From: an uncultured Bacteroidales bacterium
GTDB taxonomy: Bacteria > Bacteroidota > Bacteroidia > Bacteroidales > FEN-979
DNA: 64,000 bases
Reading direction: 5' to 3'
NCBI GenBank assembly: GCA_903945175.1
Contig: CAJAUM010000106.1
Span: forward strand, 20,335-84,334
Under the pieces are notes generated by a model. The model did no database searches. It was not told where the DNA came from and was given only the letters and a program-made list of their open reading frames with translations. The stretch's first letter is position 1; each line of letters begins with the position of its first letter. Position numbers and translations under genes: made by a program. This document shows positions 35,591 through 45,675 of the stretch, piece after piece.

Positions 35591-36602
35591 ACTTTACTTT
35601 ATCAAGTCTATTCAGTCCGTCCACAGCTTTATCATAGTTCACCTTGATCTTGAGTGATTTTTGATAGTCAATGTATGCGTTTTTGTAATCCCCCATCAAC
35701 TCATAGGCATATCCCCGGTTATAATAAGCCTGATAATAATCCGGATCCAGCTTTAACGATTGAGTAAAGTAAGGAATTGCGCGCGGAAAATCCTTTAGAT
35801 ATACAAGGTAGATATAGCCCATGTTATACGGAACTTCACGAAACGCAGTATCCACTTTGCCAAGATTCTGATAGGTGGCAATGGCTTTATCAAATTGTCC
35901 GTTCTCCTGATAAAACAACCCAAGCATGTAGATGGCCTCTTTGCTTTGAGGGCGAATATTCAACGCATTTTTAAGGTACAATTCAGCCAGCTGGCTCTTC
36001 TTTATTGCATGAAGTTCTCCCAGTTGCAAATACGCATCATAATATTGCTGGTTTTTATCAACGGCCTGCATGAGGTCATTGACAGCATGCAGGGTGTCTC
36101 CCTGCTCAAGTAGCCCTATGGCCCTCGTATAATAGGCCGCTGAATAACCATTGTCAACCTCCAGCAGTTGTTTCACTGTTGCGAAGCAATTCGCATAATC
36201 CTTCACAATCAGGTACAATTTTGCCAGTTTCAGCAAGGCCTCCTTTTCCCGGGGATTGATACCAACCGCTTTTGTGAGCGCATCCCTGCTGTTTTCTGTT
36301 TGGCCCATCAGCAGGTAAATATCAGACAATGTGATGTAATAACCCGTCTTTTTATTATCGAGGGAGATGGCCCTGTTGATATCCTTCAGCGCTTTATCAA
36401 ACTGATGGTCACTCAGCAGGTATTTTGCCCGCCGGTTATACAAGTCCGGATTTTCCGCATCGTCCTCCACCTGCTGGTTCAACACCTCCAGGCGAATGCG
36501 GGTCGTATCAGATTCTGTTTGTTGCCCGGTACCATCACCTCCGCTCCGGCAAGCCGACAACACCGACAGGCCAAGCAGGAGGCAAGCAAAAAAATTTCTC
36601 AT
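35580..36602 (-). CDS. TPR-repeat lipoprotein
   Basis: Lipobox LGLSVLSAC, then multiple 34-aa TPR units (AxxYxxRAxxY-type). ATG 36602 is preferred to TTG 36608. Confidence 0.75.
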   Translation of the reverse strand: MRNFFACLLLGLSVLSACRSGGDGTGQQTESDTTRIRLEVLNQQVEDDAENPDLYNRRAKYLLSDHQFDKALKDINRAISLDNKKTGYYITLSDIYLLMGQTENSRDALTKAVGINPREKEALLKLAKLYLIVKDYANCFATVKQLLEVDNGYSAAYYTRAIGLLEQGDTLHAVNDLMQAVDKNQQYYDAYLQLGELHAIKKSQLAELYLKNALNIRPQSKEAIYMLGLFYQENGQFDKAIATYQNLGKVDTAFREVPYNMGYIYLVYLKDFPRAIPYFTQSLKLDPDYYQAYYNRGYAYELMGDYKNAYIDYQKSLKIKVNYDKAVDGLNRLDKVKFRK

Positions 36603-36635
36603 GGACAAATAAGTTTCAATTACAATGGCAACGCA

Positions 36636-37640
36636 TTATTTATGTGGCGTCAGGACTACCCGGATTTTTGCTTCCAGCTCATCGGCCAGTTCTGGATTAT
36701 CCTGAAGTATTTTCTTAACGGCATCTCTACCCTGCCCAAGTTTTGTATCGCCATAACTAAACCACGAACCACTCTTTTTTACAATGTTCAATTCCGTTGC
36801 AATGTCAATGATTTCAAATGGGCGGGAAATTCCCTCTCCAAAAATGATGTCAAATTCAGCCTTGCGGAATGGCGGGGCAACTTTATTTTTAACCACCTTC
36901 ACCTTTACGTGGTTGCCAACGACATCATCACCCTCTTTTAACTGGGTTAGCCGCCTGATATCAAGGCGGACTGAGGCATAGAACTTCAAGGCATTTCCGC
37001 CCGTCGTAGTTTCGGGGTTGCCAAACATCACACCTATCTTTTCGCGAAGCTGGTTGATAAAAATGCAGCAGGTTGCTGTTTTACTGATGGTAGCGGTTAA
37101 TTTCCGGAGGGCTTGCGACATGAGGCGTGCATGTAACCCCATTTTTGAATCGCCCATCTCTCCCTCAATTTCACTTTTCGGGGTAAGTGCAGCGACAGAG
37201 TCAATTACAATGATGTCGATGGCACCCGATCTGATCAGGTTTTCAGTGATTTCAAGTGCTTGCTCCCCATTATCAGGCTGCGAAACGAGCAAATTTTCGA
37301 CATCCACGCCAAGTTTCTGAGCATAAAACCGGTCAAACGCGTGCTCTGCATCAATGAATGCCGCAATGCCCCCGGCCTTTTGTGATTCTGCTATTGCATG
37401 CAACGCCAGGGTGGTTTTACCCGAGGACTCAGGGCCGTAAATCTCGATTACCCTGCCCTTCGGCAACCCGCCAATCCCCAGGGCGGCATCCAGCCCGATC
37501 GATCCTGTCGAGATCACATCCACCGCTTCAATGGCATTGTCGCCCAAACGCATGATGGTTCCCTTACCGTATGTCTTTTCAAGTTTATCAAGCGTAAGCT
37601 GCAACGCCTTCACCTTTTCTTTATTCACTTCATTTGCCAT
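36636..37640 (-). CDS. recA: Recombinase RecA
   Basis: Walker [23 protein letters not shown], and the L1/L2 regions. Full-length 334 aa. Confidence 0.97.
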   Translation of the reverse strand: MANEVNKEKVKALQLTLDKLEKTYGKGTIMRLGDNAIEAVDVISTGSIGLDAALGIGGLPKGRVIEIYGPESSGKTTLALHAIAESQKAGGIAAFIDAEHAFDRFYAQKLGVDVENLLVSQPDNGEQALEITENLIRSGAIDIIVIDSVAALTPKSEIEGEMGDSKMGLHARLMSQALRKLTATISKTATCCIFINQLREKIGVMFGNPETTTGGNALKFYASVRLDIRRLTQLKEGDDVVGNHVKVKVVKNKVAPPFRKAEFDIIFGEGISRPFEIIDIATELNIVKKSGSWFSYGDTKLGQGRDAVKKILQDNPELADELEAKIRVVLTPHK

Positions 37641-37916
37641 GATTATTTCCTCCTTTTTTTGAAAACACGCGATGGCGTGTCTTGACTGTTAATACCCCAT
37701 TTCTTTCAGGATCTGGACAGTATGGTTCTTGGTATCTTCTTGCCCCAAATGCCATAATCCATGTTTTTTATTGCTTTATCGGAGATGAGGGCAAAAGGTA
37801 ATACGTATTTCTCAGAAAAATTTTTATCAGGGCTTTCCCTGCCCATACCGGTTGATTTATGACATTCAAAATTATGCATTAATGATGGAAAACTCCTCAG
37901 ATTACCTGCTGAGTTA

Positions 37917-38570
37917 TCAACAACTTTTTGTTGCTTGATTCGTCAGATTAAATCTGCAAATGGCATTTAACCCACATTCGATGCATTTGGGCTTACGGGC
38001 AATGCACACATACCGGCCATGTAAAATTAACCAGTGATGTGCGATTGCACGAAGGTTTTCGGGGATATGCCGGACCAGCTGCTGCTCAGTTTGAAGCGGG
38101 GTTTTAGCACCCGTAGTTAACCCCAGCCTGGCTGAAACGCGAAAAACATGTGTATCAACTGCCAACGCCGGCTGATTGAAGATCACAGATGCAATTACAT
38201 TTGCTGTCTTTCGTCCAATACCCGGTAGTTTCTGAAGTTCCTCCACATCAGATGGGAGTGCGCCGCCAAATTGTTCTAAAAGTGATTTGGCAAACCCTAT
38301 CAGATTTTTAGTCTTGTTGTTCGGATAGGAACAACTGCGGATCAATGCAAAAACCTGGGAAGGATCAGCAACTGCAAGCGATGTCACATCCGGAAAGCTT
38401 TGGAAGAAGTCCGGCGTGATGATATTGACCCGCTTATCGGTACATTGCGCTGAAAGGATAACTGCAACCACCAGCTCGTAAGGATCTGCATAAATAAGTT
38501 CAGTTTCAGCCTGGGGCCGGTGTTCCTTAAAATATTCAATAACCCGCCGGAATCGTTCTTCTTTGCGCAT
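37917..38570 (-). CDS. nth: Endonuclease III (DNA glycosylase/AP lyase)
   Basis: Hh[15 protein letters not shown] and a 4Fe-4S cluster loop CIARKPKCIECGLNAIC (C-x6-C-x2-C-x5-C). Confidence 0.92.
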   Translation of the reverse strand: MRKEERFRRVIEYFKEHRPQAETELIYADPYELVVAVILSAQCTDKRVNIITPDFFQSFPDVTSLAVADPSQVFALIRSCSYPNNKTKNLIGFAKSLLEQFGGALPSDVEELQKLPGIGRKTANVIASVIFNQPALAVDTHVFRVSARLGLTTGAKTPLQTEQQLVRHIPENLRAIAHHWLILHGRYVCIARKPKCIECGLNAICRFNLTNQATKSC

Positions 38571-38595
38571 GAAATCAGATAGAAACTTTTAGAAA

Positions 38596-39738
38596 TTAAT
38601 TCGATCCCCGGAGAATGGCCACAGATCCCTTGAAAATATCATCCCTGAACTGGCCCTGACATTTTAAGATGTAAAAATAGGTTCCATCAGAGAGATTGGC
38701 TCCATCCCAGTCCCCGCTTCTGTAATCAGACTTTTCATAAACCTTTCTGCCCCATCGGTCAAATGCAATGAACTCATTGCTAAGATAGGCATCCCTGAAA
38801 TCTTTTTCCCTTGGTTCCCCGGCGAGCATTATCTGAAATTTATCGTTGATCCCATCTCCATTTGGGGTAAACACATTGGGGATCTTGAGTTCAGTCGTTT
38901 TAACAATCAGATCATGCTTGATAATGGTATCGCATCCGTTGATATCGGTGAAGAGGAGTCGGATAAGGAACTTGCTGTTCGGATTGTTCAGGATCGTTTC
39001 CTCTGTATACGAATGACCTGCAGGATTTCGATTGGGAATTTTTGTACTATCACCAAAATCCCATGTCCAATTGGTCAGGTACTTTTGCATGGAATCAGGA
39101 AAAATAACCTGAATATTAGGATTGGTAAGGTAAATCGTGTCTCTTGGAAGAAATTCAAAATCGATTTTAGGTGCTTTCAAAACATCAACAAAGTAGGCGC
39201 TGTCGAGCGAACACCCCAGCGAATCTGTAACCGTAAGGATATAATGACCGCGGCAAAGGCCAAAGACAATGGTATCTTGTGAAAAACCTCCATTCCAGTC
39301 ATATATGTAAGGAGGATAATTTTTAAAGGGGGTTCCCTCCGACACACGGGTTTTAAACTGTCCTTTGCAATCATTGGGACAACCGAGGGGATTGTAACGG
39401 TAAAGCGTGTCGATCTTCATTTTTGGATGCATGCGCAGTTGTGCATCGTTGCTCGTGTCTGCACTCCCATCCACCATGATGATACACCGATAATAGCCCT
39501 GGGAGTTGCCTTTGACCTTGATAATGGGATAAATTGAGTCTGTTGCGCCGGTGATATCAATAAAATTCTTTTGCCAGCGAAATGAAACTGTTCCGGTGTG
39601 GGTCCCGGAAATAACAGTAGTAAAGGCAATACTGTCTCCATAGCAGACTATTGTATCAGCCGGATTTACAACAACAGTTACCTGGCTAGCGACCGAAAGG
39701 CAGGAAAAAAAAGATAAGATAAAGAGGAGATGTTTCAT
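38596..39738 (-). CDS. Secreted Ig/PKD-domain protein with T9SS type-B (gliding-motility-associated) C-terminal domain
   Basis: Signal MKHLLFILSFFSCLSVASQ. PKD-like WTWDFGDST. C-terminal IPNVFTPNGDGINDKF...DRWGRKVYE...WDG...GTYFY motif set. Confidence 0.75.
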   Translation of the reverse strand: MKHLLFILSFFSCLSVASQVTVVVNPADTIVCYGDSIAFTTVISGTHTGTVSFRWQKNFIDITGATDSIYPIIKVKGNSQGYYRCIIMVDGSADTSNDAQLRMHPKMKIDTLYRYNPLGCPNDCKGQFKTRVSEGTPFKNYPPYIYDWNGGFSQDTIVFGLCRGHYILTVTDSLGCSLDSAYFVDVLKAPKIDFEFLPRDTIYLTNPNIQVIFPDSMQKYLTNWTWDFGDSTKIPNRNPAGHSYTEETILNNPNSKFLIRLLFTDINGCDTIIKHDLIVKTTELKIPNVFTPNGDGINDKFQIMLAGEPREKDFRDAYLSNEFIAFDRWGRKVYEKSDYRSGDWDGANLSDGTYFYILKCQGQFRDDIFKGSVAILRGSN

Positions 39739-39823
39739 CAGGAGTTGCAATACGGCCACAAAAGTAAGAAATTCTTTCAATCGCCATCAATTCAATAACG
39801 TTTGGGCAACGTTTTTGGTATGT

Positions 39824-40186
39824 CTAATAGAGATTATTGGAGATCATGATTAGGGTACAAGCGTGAACCACTTCGATTCCAGCTTCGGTAAGGATGGCAG
39901 CAAATTCGGGAGACTCGGTGCCCGGATTGAAAATCACACGCTTTGGTTTCAAACTCAGGATGTAATCGTAGTATGCTGGCTGATTTTTCGGGCCAATATA
40001 GAGGGTAACCGTGTGGATATGTTCATATTTCGGAAAGGGCTTTTCAATCCGTACGCCACTGATCTCGCCTTCCCTCAAACCAACTGCCACTACAGGGATA
40101 TTGCTGTACTTCAGCTTCCTGACGGCCATGTATCCAAATCTTTCCGGATTTGTGCTGGCACCGAGAACCAGGGTCTTTTTTATCAC
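39824..40186 (-). CDS. CoA-binding domain protein (YccU/YneT-like)
   Basis: 120 aa. LVLGASTNPERFGYMAV...VNP..E pattern typical of small CoA-binding proteins. Confidence 0.7.
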   Translation of the reverse strand: MIKKTLVLGASTNPERFGYMAVRKLKYSNIPVVAVGLREGEISGVRIEKPFPKYEHIHTVTLYIGPKNQPAYYDYILSLKPKRVIFNPGTESPEFAAILTEAGIEVVHACTLIMISNNLY

Positions 40187-40240
40187 GTGTTAATTGATTC
40201 ACAACAACAGGACAAAAGTAAACAAAAAACAATCCAATCC

Positions 40241-40945
40241 TTATCGGGAATCCTGGAGTTGGATCTTTACCAGGCTGCCCCGGTCATATATCTCCTTTTT
40301 TGAGACCACCCCGTTTTCAAGGTAGTAAATCCATGTGCCATCCTGATGTCCGGAATGGTAATTGCCTGAAATCATCAGCTTTCCGGAGGTGTAAAATGTT
40401 TGAAAAAGCCCCTGCTTCTCCCCGGCCATGAAAGTTCCACGCAATTTAATTTTGCCGTCAAGATAGTACTGCTCCCAAAGTCCCTCACGCACACCCTTTT
40501 TATAATCATGGATTTCAGACAACCCACCTTCAGGATAAAATACCTTCGATGGCCCTTCTGCAAGGCCGTCAGAGTAACGTTCCTCCGACACCAGGGTGCC
40601 TTTGGATTCACTGAAAAACAGCCAGATACTGTCCTTTTTTTCATTGACATAATTTCCTTCAGCCATTTTCCGACCGTTTGGGAAGTAGGAGATCGTCTTT
40701 GCCCTTTTTCCCATATCTGATATGATGGAAACTGTTTTTATTTTTCCGTTTTTATAATAATACCTGAATTCTCCGGCCGGGAGCCCATCCTTAAACCGGC
40801 CTTCATACATGATTCTACCCGCGGAATCGCGTTTACACCAAAATCCCTGCTTGAGGCCCTTGTCATCCAACATATTCAAGGTATCCTGGCCAAACATGGA
40901 TGAAGAAAAAATTGCAAACAACAGAAGGATGAAAATTCGTGGCAT
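40241..40945 (-). CDS. Secreted MORN-repeat (YwqK-family-like) protein
   Basis: Signal peptide plus repeated G.W..YY.NGK / GxxxGxFxxYYxNG units throughout. Confidence 0.65.
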   Translation of the reverse strand: MPRIFILLLFAIFSSSMFGQDTLNMLDDKGLKQGFWCKRDSAGRIMYEGRFKDGLPAGEFRYYYKNGKIKTVSIISDMGKRAKTISYFPNGRKMAEGNYVNEKKDSIWLFFSESKGTLVSEERYSDGLAEGPSKVFYPEGGLSEIHDYKKGVREGLWEQYYLDGKIKLRGTFMAGEKQGLFQTFYTSGKLMISGNYHSGHQDGTWIYYLENGVVSKKEIYDRGSLVKIQLQDSR

Positions 40946-40958
40946 ATCCCGAAAAAAT

Positions 40959-40966
40959 TAACTTTG
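40959..40966 (+). promoter_or_regulatory. Bacteroidota -7 box (TAACTTTG) for recR
   Basis: TAnnTTTG lies 21 nt upstream of the TTG start at 40987. Confidence 0.4.
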
Positions 40967-40986
40967 CAAAGTAATAATAATTTCAC

Positions 40987-41610
40987 TTGCAAACCTATCC
41001 TTCGAAATTGCTTGAACAGGCAGTAAATGAACTGTCGAAGCTGCCCGGAATCGGACGAAAAACAGCCCTTCGCATGGCCTTGCATCTTCTTAAACGCAAC
41101 CCTGCAGAAGTTGAGGCGCTGGGTACCTCTGTAATTAAAATGCGAAATGAGATCAATTATTGCAAAGCGTGCAGGAATATATCCGATCAGGAGCTTTGTG
41201 CCATCTGTGCAAGCCCCAAACGGGATCATTCATTCATCTGCGTTGTCGAAGATATCCGCGACGTGATGGCCATCGAAAACACGGGTCAGTTCAGCGGGGT
41301 TTATCATGTACTGGGGGGGATCATCTCCCCGATGGATGGCATTGGCCCACAGGATCTTCATATCGATGATTTAATTGAACGGTTGAAGATTGGAATCATT
41401 ACGGAGGTGATCCTGGCCCTTCCGACCACCATTGAAGGAGACACAACAAATTTTTACCTTTTCAGAAAGCTTAATGAATTTCAGATAAAACTAACCACCA
41501 TCGCCCGCGGGGTTTCAATTGGCGATGAGCTGGAACACACGGATGAAGTCACACTGGGTCGCTCTATTTTAAACCGCACACCCTATGAATCAGGCCTCAC
41601 CCGGAAATAG
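40987..41610 (+). CDS. recR: Recombination protein RecR
   Basis: Hh[14 protein letters not shown], Zn finger [16 protein letters not shown], Toprim domain VVEDIRDV...[10 protein letters not shown]. It has an apparent TTG start. Confidence 0.92.
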   Translation: MQTYPSKLLEQAVNELSKLPGIGRKTALRMALHLLKRNPAEVEALGTSVIKMRNEINYCKACRNISDQELCAICASPKRDHSFICVVEDIRDVMAIENTGQFSGVYHVLGGIISPMDGIGPQDLHIDDLIERLKIGIITEVILALPTTIEGDTTNFYLFRKLNEFQIKLTTIARGVSIGDELEHTDEVTLGRSILNRTPYESGLTRK

Positions 41611-41620
41611 CTCCATTTTT

Positions 41621-41848
41621 CTAGAAAAGTTCGAGTTGGTTGACTTTTACCGGCAACATGTTATCCACCTCAAGCCCGGCATAATTCTGCAATAACGGCC
41701 GGATGGCTTTTTTGATCAATTTATTCGGCGTTGTGCGACGTGATTTACTGTAATTCATCAGCGACTTTTTCTGACGCGCCGTAACTTTGATCGTGATAGT
41801 TTTAAATTTAATCGGCTTTCGTCCCTTTTTTGCTTTTTTTCGAGGCAT
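41621..41848 (-). CDS. Small basic hypothetical protein (possible ribbon-helix-helix fold)
   Basis: 75 aa with a Lys/Arg-rich N-terminus, then a strand-helix-helix-like pattern TITIKVTARQKKSLMNYSKSRRTTPNKLIKKAI. It starts 4 bp after the glmM stop. Confidence 0.35.
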   Translation of the reverse strand: MPRKKAKKGRKPIKFKTITIKVTARQKKSLMNYSKSRRTTPNKLIKKAIRPLLQNYAGLEVDNMLPVKVNQLELF

Positions 41849-41852
41849 GTGA

Positions 41853-43247
41853 TCAGCGGTCTTTTAGAATATCCTTGAAGTCATTGATTATTTTATTCGC
41901 TAGATTTTCTGCCTTTTTCATCATGTCGCTTTCAGCATAAATCCTGACAATGGGTTCCGTATTCGATTTGCGCAAATGGACCCACTCGTTTTTAAAATGG
42001 ATTTTAATCCCATCGATGGTCGTAACCTTATGCGATTTATATTTTTCAATAATCCCTTTAAGAATTTTCTCAATGTCCATTTCCGGAGCAAATTCAACCT
42101 TGTTCTTCGAGATGAAATAATTCGGGTATTGATCGCGCAGTGTGGAACATTTTTTTCCGGATTTTGCCAGATAAGTCAAAAATAGGGCGATCCCTACCAA
42201 TGCATCTCGACCGTAATGGAGTTCAGGATAAATAATCCCGCCGTTACCTTCTCCACCGATCACTGCATTTTTCAACTTCATCATTTCAACAACGTTCACC
42301 TCTCCTACAGCCGAAGCAAAATATTTACCACCAGCCTTTTCGGTTACTTCACCTAAAGCTTGTGTTGAAGATAAATTGGATACGGTATTCCCTTTTTTAT
42401 GCTGGAGAATGTAGTCTGAAACAGCCACCAGCGTGTACTCTTCGCCAAAGGTCTCCCCCATTTCATTGACAATAGCCAGTCGGTCCACATCGGGGTCAAC
42501 GACAAATCCAAGGTCCGCTTTATTTTTTACGACGGCATCGCAAATATCTCCTAAGTGTTCGGGCAGCGGTTCAGGATTATGTGGAAAATGACCAGTAGGA
42601 TCGCAATAAAGCAGATCAATTTTATTTACATTCAATGCCTTTAACAACAGTGGTATGGCAATTCCCCCGGTACTGTTCACCGCATCAATTACGACCCGGA
42701 AATGGGCTTTTTTAATCGCTTCCACATCCACAAGGGGAAGCAGAAGTATCTTTTCTATGTGCTTTCCAATGTATGTGTCGTCGCTTTTATAACTGCCAAG
42801 CTTATCAACCTCAGCAAAAACAAAGTCCGCTTTGTCGGCGATGGCCAGCACCTCCTCGCCATCGGCCGCCGATAGAAATTCGCCCTTGCTGTTGAGCAGT
42901 TTGAGGGCATTCCATTGCTTTGGGTTGTGGCTTGCAGTAAGGATGATTCCCCCATGGGCGTGTTCATCAACTACAGCAATTTCGGTGGTGGGTGTGGTCG
43001 TCAGTCCGATATCTACCACGTCAACTCCCATTCCCATCAACGTACCTACCACCAGGTGGTTTACCATGACCCCTGAAATACGGGCATCTCTTCCTACCAC
43101 CACCTTTAGTCTTGCCTTGGGGTGTGATAGTTTTAAGAAAGTGAGGTAAGATGCGGTAAAGCGAACGATATCAACGGGATTAAGTCCATCTCCCGACTTT
43201 CCGCCAATGGTTCCCCTGATACCTGAAATGGATTTGATTAGCGCCAT
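41853..43247 (-). CDS. glmM: Phosphoglucosamine mutase
   Basis: Phosphoserine loop TASHNPKQWNALK, metal loop VVDPDVDRLA, GGEGNGG. Confidence 0.85.
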   Translation of the reverse strand: MALIKSISGIRGTIGGKSGDGLNPVDIVRFTASYLTFLKLSHPKARLKVVVGRDARISGVMVNHLVVGTLMGMGVDVVDIGLTTTPTTEIAVVDEHAHGGIILTASHNPKQWNALKLLNSKGEFLSAADGEEVLAIADKADFVFAEVDKLGSYKSDDTYIGKHIEKILLLPLVDVEAIKKAHFRVVIDAVNSTGGIAIPLLLKALNVNKIDLLYCDPTGHFPHNPEPLPEHLGDICDAVVKNKADLGFVVDPDVDRLAIVNEMGETFGEEYTLVAVSDYILQHKKGNTVSNLSSTQALGEVTEKAGGKYFASAVGEVNVVEMMKLKNAVIGGEGNGGIIYPELHYGRDALVGIALFLTYLAKSGKKCSTLRDQYPNYFISKNKVEFAPEMDIEKILKGIIEKYKSHKVTTIDGIKIHFKNEWVHLRKSNTEPIVRIYAESDMMKKAENLANKIINDFKDILKDR

Positions 43248-43261
43248 TTGGTTTTTTTTCG

Positions 43262-43269
43262 CAAATGTA
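43262..43269 (-). promoter_or_regulatory. Bacteroidota -7 box (TACATTTG on minus strand) for glmM
   Basis: Plus-strand CAAATGTA lies 15 nt upstream of the glmM ATG. Confidence 0.35.
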
Positions 43270-43404
43270 AAGGTTTTAGATATTGACTGTCAGAACTGTT
43301 AAAAAAAACTGAAAACTGCGTGCTTGCCTCTCCCATGTCATCTGATTTTTTCGTAATTTTGCTGAATACAGATGATGGCCTTTAACAGGTGTCTCTGACT
43401 GCTG

Positions 43405-44808
43405 ATGGAAGAACCATTTGAATCCTATTTTGACCGCGAAACCTTGTCCCTGGTTGGACGTTTCGAAAAAATGCTCCAACAGGATCAGCACTATTTCTTT
43501 GATGTTGGTGAATATGAGGAGATCATTGAGTATTATTTCTTCAAAAATGAACAGCGCAAAGCCCTCATGACCATCAACCAGGCTTTGGAACAGCATCCTG
43601 AATGCGCCTCCATCCTGATCAAACTGGCCCAGTTTCATGTCAATTCTAAAAAGGATCATGAAGCGATGCGAATATTAAAGGAGATTGAACATGCTGAAAT
43701 TGCCGACAGTGATCTGTACCTTGCAAAAGGCAATCTATACAGCCAGCTTGAGAAGCCTGAAAAGGCCATTGAAGAATATAAAAAGGCCATTGACGGGGCT
43801 GATTTTGTTGATGATATCTATTCAAGCATTGCATTTGAATATGAATCCCTGGGAAAATACGATAAGGCCATTGAATTTTTATTAAACGCACTGGAATTGA
43901 ATCCCGATAATGATGCGGCACTGTATGAATTTGCATTTTGCTGCGAAGTCTCTCAGCAATCGGACCGCAGCATCGGTTTTTTGCATTCCTTTCTTAATCA
44001 ACACCCCTATTCCGTAGCCGCCTGGTTTAACCTTGGCATTGCATACAGCAATACCGATCTTTACGAAAAGGCCATCGAAGCGTACGACTACGTCCTTGCC
44101 ATTGACGATACTTTTTCATCCGCCTATTTTAACAAGGCAAACTGTTACGCAAACGTCGACCAGTTTGATAAAGCCATTGAGACCTATTTCGAAACATTCT
44201 TTTACGAAGATCCTGAGCCAGTTACATATTACTATATTGCAGAGTGCTACGAAAAGCTTAAACAATTTGACGCTTCCATTGAATATTACCAGAAAGCTAT
44301 TTCGCTTGATCCTGACTTCGCAGATGCATGGCTTGGGATTGGCATCTCGCAGGATGAATTGGGAAGGCCTCAATCAGCGCTCCCATACATCCAAAAGGCA
44401 ATAAAACTTACGCCGGCCATACCTGAGTACTGGTTTATCCTCGGAGACATCCAGATCAAGCTTTCAAAGATAGAAGATGGCATCTCCTCGTATCGTAAAG
44501 TGATCGAACTTGATCCGGATGATCCGGATATCTGGCTGGATCTTTCTGTTGTTTATGCCGACCAGAAAGACTATGAGAAGGGATACTCCGTGTTGGAGGA
44601 TGGTTTGCGGCACCACGGCTCGCATTCCGATTTTTACTTTGGCATGGCTTATTACCTTTTTATGTTGGGTAGATCTCAGCAGGGAAATGAGACCATGATT
44701 AAAGCCCTGGAGATGGATTATGATGGACACAAGCGCCTTTTTACTACATTTCCCGAGGCAAGGAACCATCCTGAAGTAGTAGAATTAATTGAATCCTTCA
44801 AGAAATAG
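43405..44808 (+). CDS. TPR-repeat protein (cytoplasmic)
   Basis: 467 aa of consecutive TPR units (e.g. AWFNLGIAYSNTDLYEKAIEAYDYVLAIDD). No signal peptide. Confidence 0.8.
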   Translation: MEEPFESYFDRETLSLVGRFEKMLQQDQHYFFDVGEYEEIIEYYFFKNEQRKALMTINQALEQHPECASILIKLAQFHVNSKKDHEAMRILKEIEHAEIADSDLYLAKGNLYSQLEKPEKAIEEYKKAIDGADFVDDIYSSIAFEYESLGKYDKAIEFLLNALELNPDNDAALYEFAFCCEVSQQSDRSIGFLHSFLNQHPYSVAAWFNLGIAYSNTDLYEKAIEAYDYVLAIDDTFSSAYFNKANCYANVDQFDKAIETYFETFFYEDPEPVTYYYIAECYEKLKQFDASIEYYQKAISLDPDFADAWLGIGISQDELGRPQSALPYIQKAIKLTPAIPEYWFILGDIQIKLSKIEDGISSYRKVIELDPDDPDIWLDLSVVYADQKDYEKGYSVLEDGLRHHGSHSDFYFGMAYYLFMLGRSQQGNETMIKALEMDYDGHKRLFTTFPEARNHPEVVELIESFKK

Positions 44809-44852
44809 CTGGATTGCATAATAAAGTTCGCCTAACTGTTAAGCTGCAAATT

Positions 44853-45641
44853 ATGACAAAAATTAACCTTCCCTTCCTACCTGACCGCACTACCAAGCCC
44901 AGGCAAAACGGAATAGCCATGGTGATGGACAAAGGCCTGAGTGTGCGTGAAGCAGAAGATTTCATAGAATCAGCCGGTCATCTGGCCGATTTTGTCAAAC
45001 TTGGCTTTGGAACATCCTTCGTCGGAAATAAAGTCAAGGAAAAAGTAAAGGCTTACCAGCAGGCAAACATCAAGGTGTATGTCGGCGGGACCCTGTTCGA
45101 AGCCTTTGTTATCCGTAATCTCTTCGATGATTACCTTAGATACATTGATCAACTCGGGCTTGACACTGTCGAGGTCTCCGATGGTTCAATGGTGATGGAA
45201 CATGATGTTAAGTGCGAGTACATTCACAAGCTTGCAAAAAAATATACTGTTCTCTCCGAGGTCGGCTCAAAGGAATCTGGAATCATAATCGCGCCGGGCC
45301 AGTGGATCCAGATGATGCAAAAAGAGTTGCAAGCCGGCAGCTTTAAGGTAATTGGTGAAGCACGCGAAAGCGGAAATGTGGGTATTTACCGCACAACAGG
45401 AAAGGCCCATGTAGCGCTTATCAATAAAATCCTTGCCAAGATACAGGCAGACAAACTCTTGTGGGAAGCTCCGCTGAAGTCTCAGCAAGTTTGGTTTATC
45501 AACCATTTCGGCGCCAATGTCAACCTTGGGAACATAGCCCCGGCTGAACTTATTCCGCTCGAAACATTGCGGCTCGGGTTAAGAGGAGACACTTTTTTCA
45601 GCTTTCTGCCTGACACATACAAGAAGTTCCAGCCAATCTAA
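44853..45641 (+). CDS. (2R)-phospho-3-sulfolactate synthase (ComA) family protein
   Basis: LPFLPDRTTKPRQNGIAMVMDKGL...DFVKLGFGTS...VEVSDGS matches my recollection of the ComA family. ATG 44853 is preferred. Confidence 0.65.
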   Translation: MTKINLPFLPDRTTKPRQNGIAMVMDKGLSVREAEDFIESAGHLADFVKLGFGTSFVGNKVKEKVKAYQQANIKVYVGGTLFEAFVIRNLFDDYLRYIDQLGLDTVEVSDGSMVMEHDVKCEYIHKLAKKYTVLSEVGSKESGIIIAPGQWIQMMQKELQAGSFKVIGEARESGNVGIYRTTGKAHVALINKILAKIQADKLLWEAPLKSQQVWFINHFGANVNLGNIAPAELIPLETLRLGLRGDTFFSFLPDTYKKFQPI

Positions 45642-45675
45642 TGGAGCATGTGGTTACGAAAGGAAGGAGGGAACC

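Noticed and set aside
39781-39823. Two copies of AACGTTT (containing the palindromic AACGTT core) in the spacer between the T9SS type-B gene and the CoA-binding gene
   Set aside because: The repeats are very short and only two copies are present. No supporting context was found, so this is not distinguishable from chance.
40241-40945. MORN/YwqK-like protein as an immunity or antitoxin component of a polymorphic toxin system
   Set aside because: No adjacent toxin-like gene (deaminase, nuclease, Rhs/LXG) is present, and the protein has its own signal peptide. It looks like an ordinary secreted MORN-repeat protein.
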